Source: Ignavibacteriota bacterium
GTDB lineage: Bacteria > Bacteroidota > Ignavibacteria > UBA10030
Direction: 5' to 3'
Assembly (NCBI GenBank): GCA_963701295.1
Contig: OY969585.1
Location: 640,001 to 704,000 of the forward strand
Length of the DNA stretch: 64,000 bases
Both the position numbers and the translations under genes were made by a program. The notes under the pieces are model-generated. The model was not told where the DNA came from and did no database searches. It saw only the letters and a list, made by a program, of their open reading frames with translations. Positions 61,301 to 64,000 of the stretch are shown piece after piece (the stretch's first letter is position 1; each line of letters starts with the position of its first letter).

Positions 61301-63565
61301 ATCCATCGCGAGCGCAACCTTCTCCGGACATTGATTGATAATCTGCCCGATGCAATTTATGTCAAAGACAGTGCTTGCCGCAAGACTATTGTCAACCCAG
61401 CCGATGTGAATAATATAGGCTGCCAATCAGAGTCCGAAGTTTTAGGCAAGAATGACTTTGACCTTTTTCCGAAGGAATTAGCGGAGAGGTTCTTTGCCGA
61501 TGATCAATTAGTCTTCCAAACTGGAAAGCCAGTGCTTAATAGAGAAGAATATGTGCTTGATGCGGAAGGCAAGAAACGTTGGTTGTTAACATCTAAGTTG
61601 CCATTGCGGGATGAAAAGGGTCAAATCATTGGTCTGGTTGGTATTGGTCGCGACATCACCGAACGCATACAGACAGAGGAGGCGCTGCGGCAAAGTGAAT
61701 CTCTCTTCAGAATGTTGGTCGAGTCCTCTCCTGTTGCAATTGCCGTTTTCTCCGGGCCATCAAAGAAGCTCGACTATGTCAGTGATAGGTTCGCAGGACT
61801 TTTCGGGTATGACAAAGAAGATATTCCTTCGATGGATGCGTGGTGGCAGCTTGCGTATCCGGTTGAAGAATATCGCAATCAGATAGTAATAAAATGGTGC
61901 GAGACTCTTGTAGAAGCGCAGCGCGAAGGGAGCGTTATAGAACCGCTGGAATCTGTCGTCACGTGTCAGGATGGTTCTACAAAGTACATCGAATCTACCT
62001 TCACATCGATTGGCGAAGATACTCTCGTCTTTTTCACTGATCTCACGCAGCACCGCTTGGCACAAGAAGCACTCCGCCAAACCCATGCATTCAATGAATT
62101 GCTTATCCAAACGATGCCCTTCGGAATGAACATTGTTGATGAAGAGGGGAATATTTTATTCGTTAGTAAAGCTATGAAGGAAATGCTTACTGTTGACGTG
62201 GTAGAGATGTGCTGCTGGCAAGTGTATAAAGACGATAATCAGCAATGTGTTGACTGTCCGTTACGGAAAGGGATCACCTTCGGAAAACCTGATATTATCG
62301 AAACCACGGGAATCTTAGGCGGAAAAATCTTCCAGATCAGTCAAGTTGGAATGATGTACGAAGGGAAAAAAGCGATGCTGGAAGTTTTCCAGGATATCAC
62401 AGAACAAAAAAAGCTCCAGCAAGAATTAATACAATCGCAAAAACTTTTAAGCATTGGCACGATGGCGGGCGGTATAGCGCACGACTTTAATAATATCCTC
62501 GCAATTATCCTCGGGTATTCTTCCCTCCTTCATTCCATTAAAGATAATCCTCAAAAATTCTCCGACGCAGTGAGTGCCATACGGCAATCCGTCGATCGGG
62601 GCGCAGGGCTTGTACGGCAAATTCTCACATTCGCTCGCAAAACCGATATCTTATTCGAACCACTCAGCATATCCGAACTTGTCAAGGAATTAGTATCGAT
62701 GCTGCAGCAGACTTTTCCCAAAATCATCACCTTCAACACACGTATGGAAAAACACCTTCCGTACATCAAAGCAGATCATACACAAATACATCAGGCACTT
62801 CTCAATTTGTGCGTCAATGCACGCGACGCAATGCCAAATGGCGGCGAGATATCCATTGCGATAGAAAAAGTACCTGGAGAGAAATTGAGAGGGCGATTTT
62901 CATCTGCAACGAACCCATGGTATATAAACCTCAGTGTGTCCGATACCGGCATAGGAATGGATGAAGCAATTCGTAATCAGATCTTCGATCCGTTCTTTAC
63001 AACAAAAGAAAAAGGAAAAGGGACCGGTTTGGGCTTGTCTGTTGTCTATGGTATCGTACAAGCACACCATGGTTTTGTCAATGTCGAAAGTACTCTTGAA
63101 CGCGGAACGACATTCCTTCTCTATTTCCCTGTGCCACAAGAAAGCAGTGCCGCAATCGAATCTCATAAGCAAGGCGAAGAGCAGCTTTCCGGCGGGAATG
63201 AAACGCTTCTCTTGGTGGAAGACGAGACTCTTCTGTTGGATATGGTGCAGATCCTTCTCGAATCAAATGGGTATACCGTGTTCACCGCAAAAGACGGAGA
63301 AGAAGCCGTCCAGGTGTATCAACAGCATGCACATGAAATTGCGCTTGTTATCAGCGATATGGGATTACCGAAGTTGACGGGAGTGTCTGAATATGAGAAA
63401 ATGAGAGAAATCAATCCTGCGGTAAAAATTATCTTTGCCAGTGGATTCTTTGAACCTGACAGCAAAGCCAAATTGGAAAACGCAGGGGCAAAGGGATTTC
63501 TCCAAAAACCGTATGTTATTGAAGAAGTTCTTTCAAAGATCAGGAAGGTACTGGACGCAAACTAA
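58397..63565 (+). CDS. Hybrid histidine kinase: TM, Cache-like domain, TM, 8 PAS/PAC, HisKA, HATPase, receiver
   Basis: Eight D(I/L)T PAS ends; [28 protein letters not shown] and C-terminal LVEDE...SDMGLP. Confidence 0.92.
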   Translation: MKKRLSIQTTSWFLITIFLFLVAGILITGFLFYQKQRERIKTEVQNNLAAIADLKTEQIARWQQERIIDAKLVYNNAAIARQVDAYFKTPKKTGPKQDLLKLMKSFQEQAGYKSILLLDTKRNIRLSVSNHDDSVCSYGQTIFREALLYRRITFSDLHISKSVPYVHIDLMVPLLSPDRSDSMIIGVLILRIDPNDVLFPLIQSWPTPSRTSETLLLEQDGDSIVYLNELRHRKNTTLTLRLPISNEQLPASKAVRGIKGVVEGIDYRGVSVLAAIRAIPDSPWYMNAKVDQKEIYAPLRSQAWIVGIGMFLLILSTGSIIGFWWRHQRALFYREKYLAELERQALIKHFDYIIKYSNDIILLVNMDGRIVDANDQACRNYGYTREELFQLSIRNLHSPKTHSQVEKQMKQVEEQGGLVFETEHRRKDSTVFPVEVSSRFIKIDETRFYQSIVRDITERKQAEEKLRESEEKYRSLVENSLEGIGLSKYNQVIYANKALLEIYGYDDIEEFLAKPLLNYVAPESQIKIQDMLTKAKEGKPHEKSFSYKIIRKDGELRDIEITTDHVKIGDDLYTQSTFRDITERLRTEETLRKSEERFKNLSILLPQIVFETNENGNLTFINRQGFIVAGYTEEDIAKGLNAIQMFAPQDRNRALENMLKRLNGEEIGQQEYLLTKKDGSTFPVILYANRIMQDNKPIGLSGIIIDITDRKQAEEALHNNEERFRRLVGSVTDYIYSVKLESGHPVATSHAPACVSVTGYTAEEYAADPDLWYRMIYEKDKQLVTNLTEKILTGFEILPLEHRIVHKNGSLRWVKNTIVVKQDANGVPISYDGLIEDITMQKQADEVLRESEETAYALLNASSEAAYLLDTERRIIAVNEAGAQRFGKSIDELPGVCVDDLFPSETVESRKTFIDQVFRIRKPVHFKDVRSGIHLENSLYPITDAEGNVIRIAVYSRDITERIRIEETIHRERNLLRTLIDNLPDAIYVKDSACRKTIVNPADVNNIGCQSESEVLGKNDFDLFPKELAERFFADDQLVFQTGKPVLNREEYVLDAEGKKRWLLTSKLPLRDEKGQIIGLVGIGRDITERIQTEEALRQSESLFRMLVESSPVAIAVFSGPSKKLDYVSDRFAGLFGYDKEDIPSMDAWWQLAYPVEEYRNQIVIKWCETLVEAQREGSVIEPLESVVTCQDGSTKYIESTFTSIGEDTLVFFTDLTQHRLAQEALRQTHAFNELLIQTMPFGMNIVDEEGNILFVSKAMKEMLTVDVVEMCCWQVYKDDNQQCVDCPLRKGITFGKPDIIETTGILGGKIFQISQVGMMYEGKKAMLEVFQDITEQKKLQQELIQSQKLLSIGTMAGGIAHDFNNILAIILGYSSLLHSIKDNPQKFSDAVSAIRQSVDRGAGLVRQILTFARKTDILFEPLSISELVKELVSMLQQTFPKIITFNTRMEKHLPYIKADHTQIHQALLNLCVNARDAMPNGGEISIAIEKVPGEKLRGRFSSATNPWYINLSVSDTGIGMDEAIRNQIFDPFFTTKEKGKGTGLGLSVVYGIVQAHHGFVNVESTLERGTTFLLYFPVPQESSAAIESHKQGEEQLSGGNETLLLVEDETLLLDMVQILLESNGYTVFTAKDGEEAVQVYQQHAHEIALVISDMGLPKLTGVSEYEKMREINPAVKIIFASGFFEPDSKAKLENAGAKGFLQKPYVIEEVLSKIRKVLDAN

Positions 63566-63612
63566 GATTTCTGGAACTAAAGAATTGCGCGAGAGAAAGA
63601 GAAATAATTCTT

Positions 63613-64000
63613 ATGAATGAAAATCCGATGAACCTGAACGATGGCTTCACATGCCCGTTGCCGCTGATGGAGTACAAGAATGTTCTGCTGGCACACGGCG
63701 GCGGCGGCGAGCTCTCGCACCAGATGATCCAGAAAATATTTATATCGCAATTTAAGAACGATCTTTTCGATCCATTGCATGATGGTGCAATGTTCACTCT
63801 TGGCGGTACACGATGTGCTTTCTCGACCGACTCGTACGTCATTAATCCCATATTCTTTCCCGGCGGCGACATCGGTGCTCTTGCCGTCAATGGAACGGTG
63901 AATGATCTCGCTATGTGCGGCGCCCGCCCGCTGTACCTTTCCTGCGCTTTTATTATTGAAGAAGGATTGCCGATGGAAGATTTATGGCGCGTAGTGCTCT
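63613..64000 (+). CDS. hypE: HypE, truncated by the window end
   Basis: Hand translation gives CPLP...LAHGGGG...[34 protein letters not shown]. Confidence 0.92.
   Translation, partial: MNENPMNLNDGFTCPLPLMEYKNVLLAHGGGGELSHQMIQKIFISQFKNDLFDPLHDGAMFTLGGTRCAFSTDSYVINPIFFPGGDIGALAVNGTVNDLAMCGARPLYLSCAFIIEEGLPMEDLWRVVL

Overview
Bacterial chromosome segment, probably Ignavibacteria/Bacteroidota-Chlorobi group (inferred from T9SS-type 'NFPNPFN' C-terminal domains, a UpxY-type antiterminator and DUF3078). 1-30.1 kb: one minus-strand Wzx/Wzy polysaccharide locus. It holds wzc, an SLBB wza-like gene, upxY, wbpA/wbpP-like genes, a secreted beta-helix protein, a PIG-L deacetylase, fdt genes, two wzx copies, GT2/GT4 enzymes, a pyruvyltransferase and an EpsG-type wzy. 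It also carries an unusual module: a carboxyethyl-ornithine (opine) synthase, two PP-loop/Cys-cluster proteins plus eroded paralog remnants, and a TupA ATP-grasp ligase. 30.5-41.5 kb: LMW-PTP, a 1606-aa T9SS protein sharing a 714-bp identical repeat with the secreted protein inside the EPS locus, an OmpR-family two-component pair, and three paralogous receiver + DHp-like proteins, two of which share a tandem palindromic upstream site. 42-53 kb: housekeeping genes (mscL, acpS, aroQ, rsmA, paaK). 53.3-54.4 kb: a DUF3800 gene facing a Y-shaped ncRNA candidate with its own promoter. 54.4-64 kb: hypFCD, an 8-PAS hybrid kinase and partial hypE. All calls come from motif reading by eye; no database searches were run.
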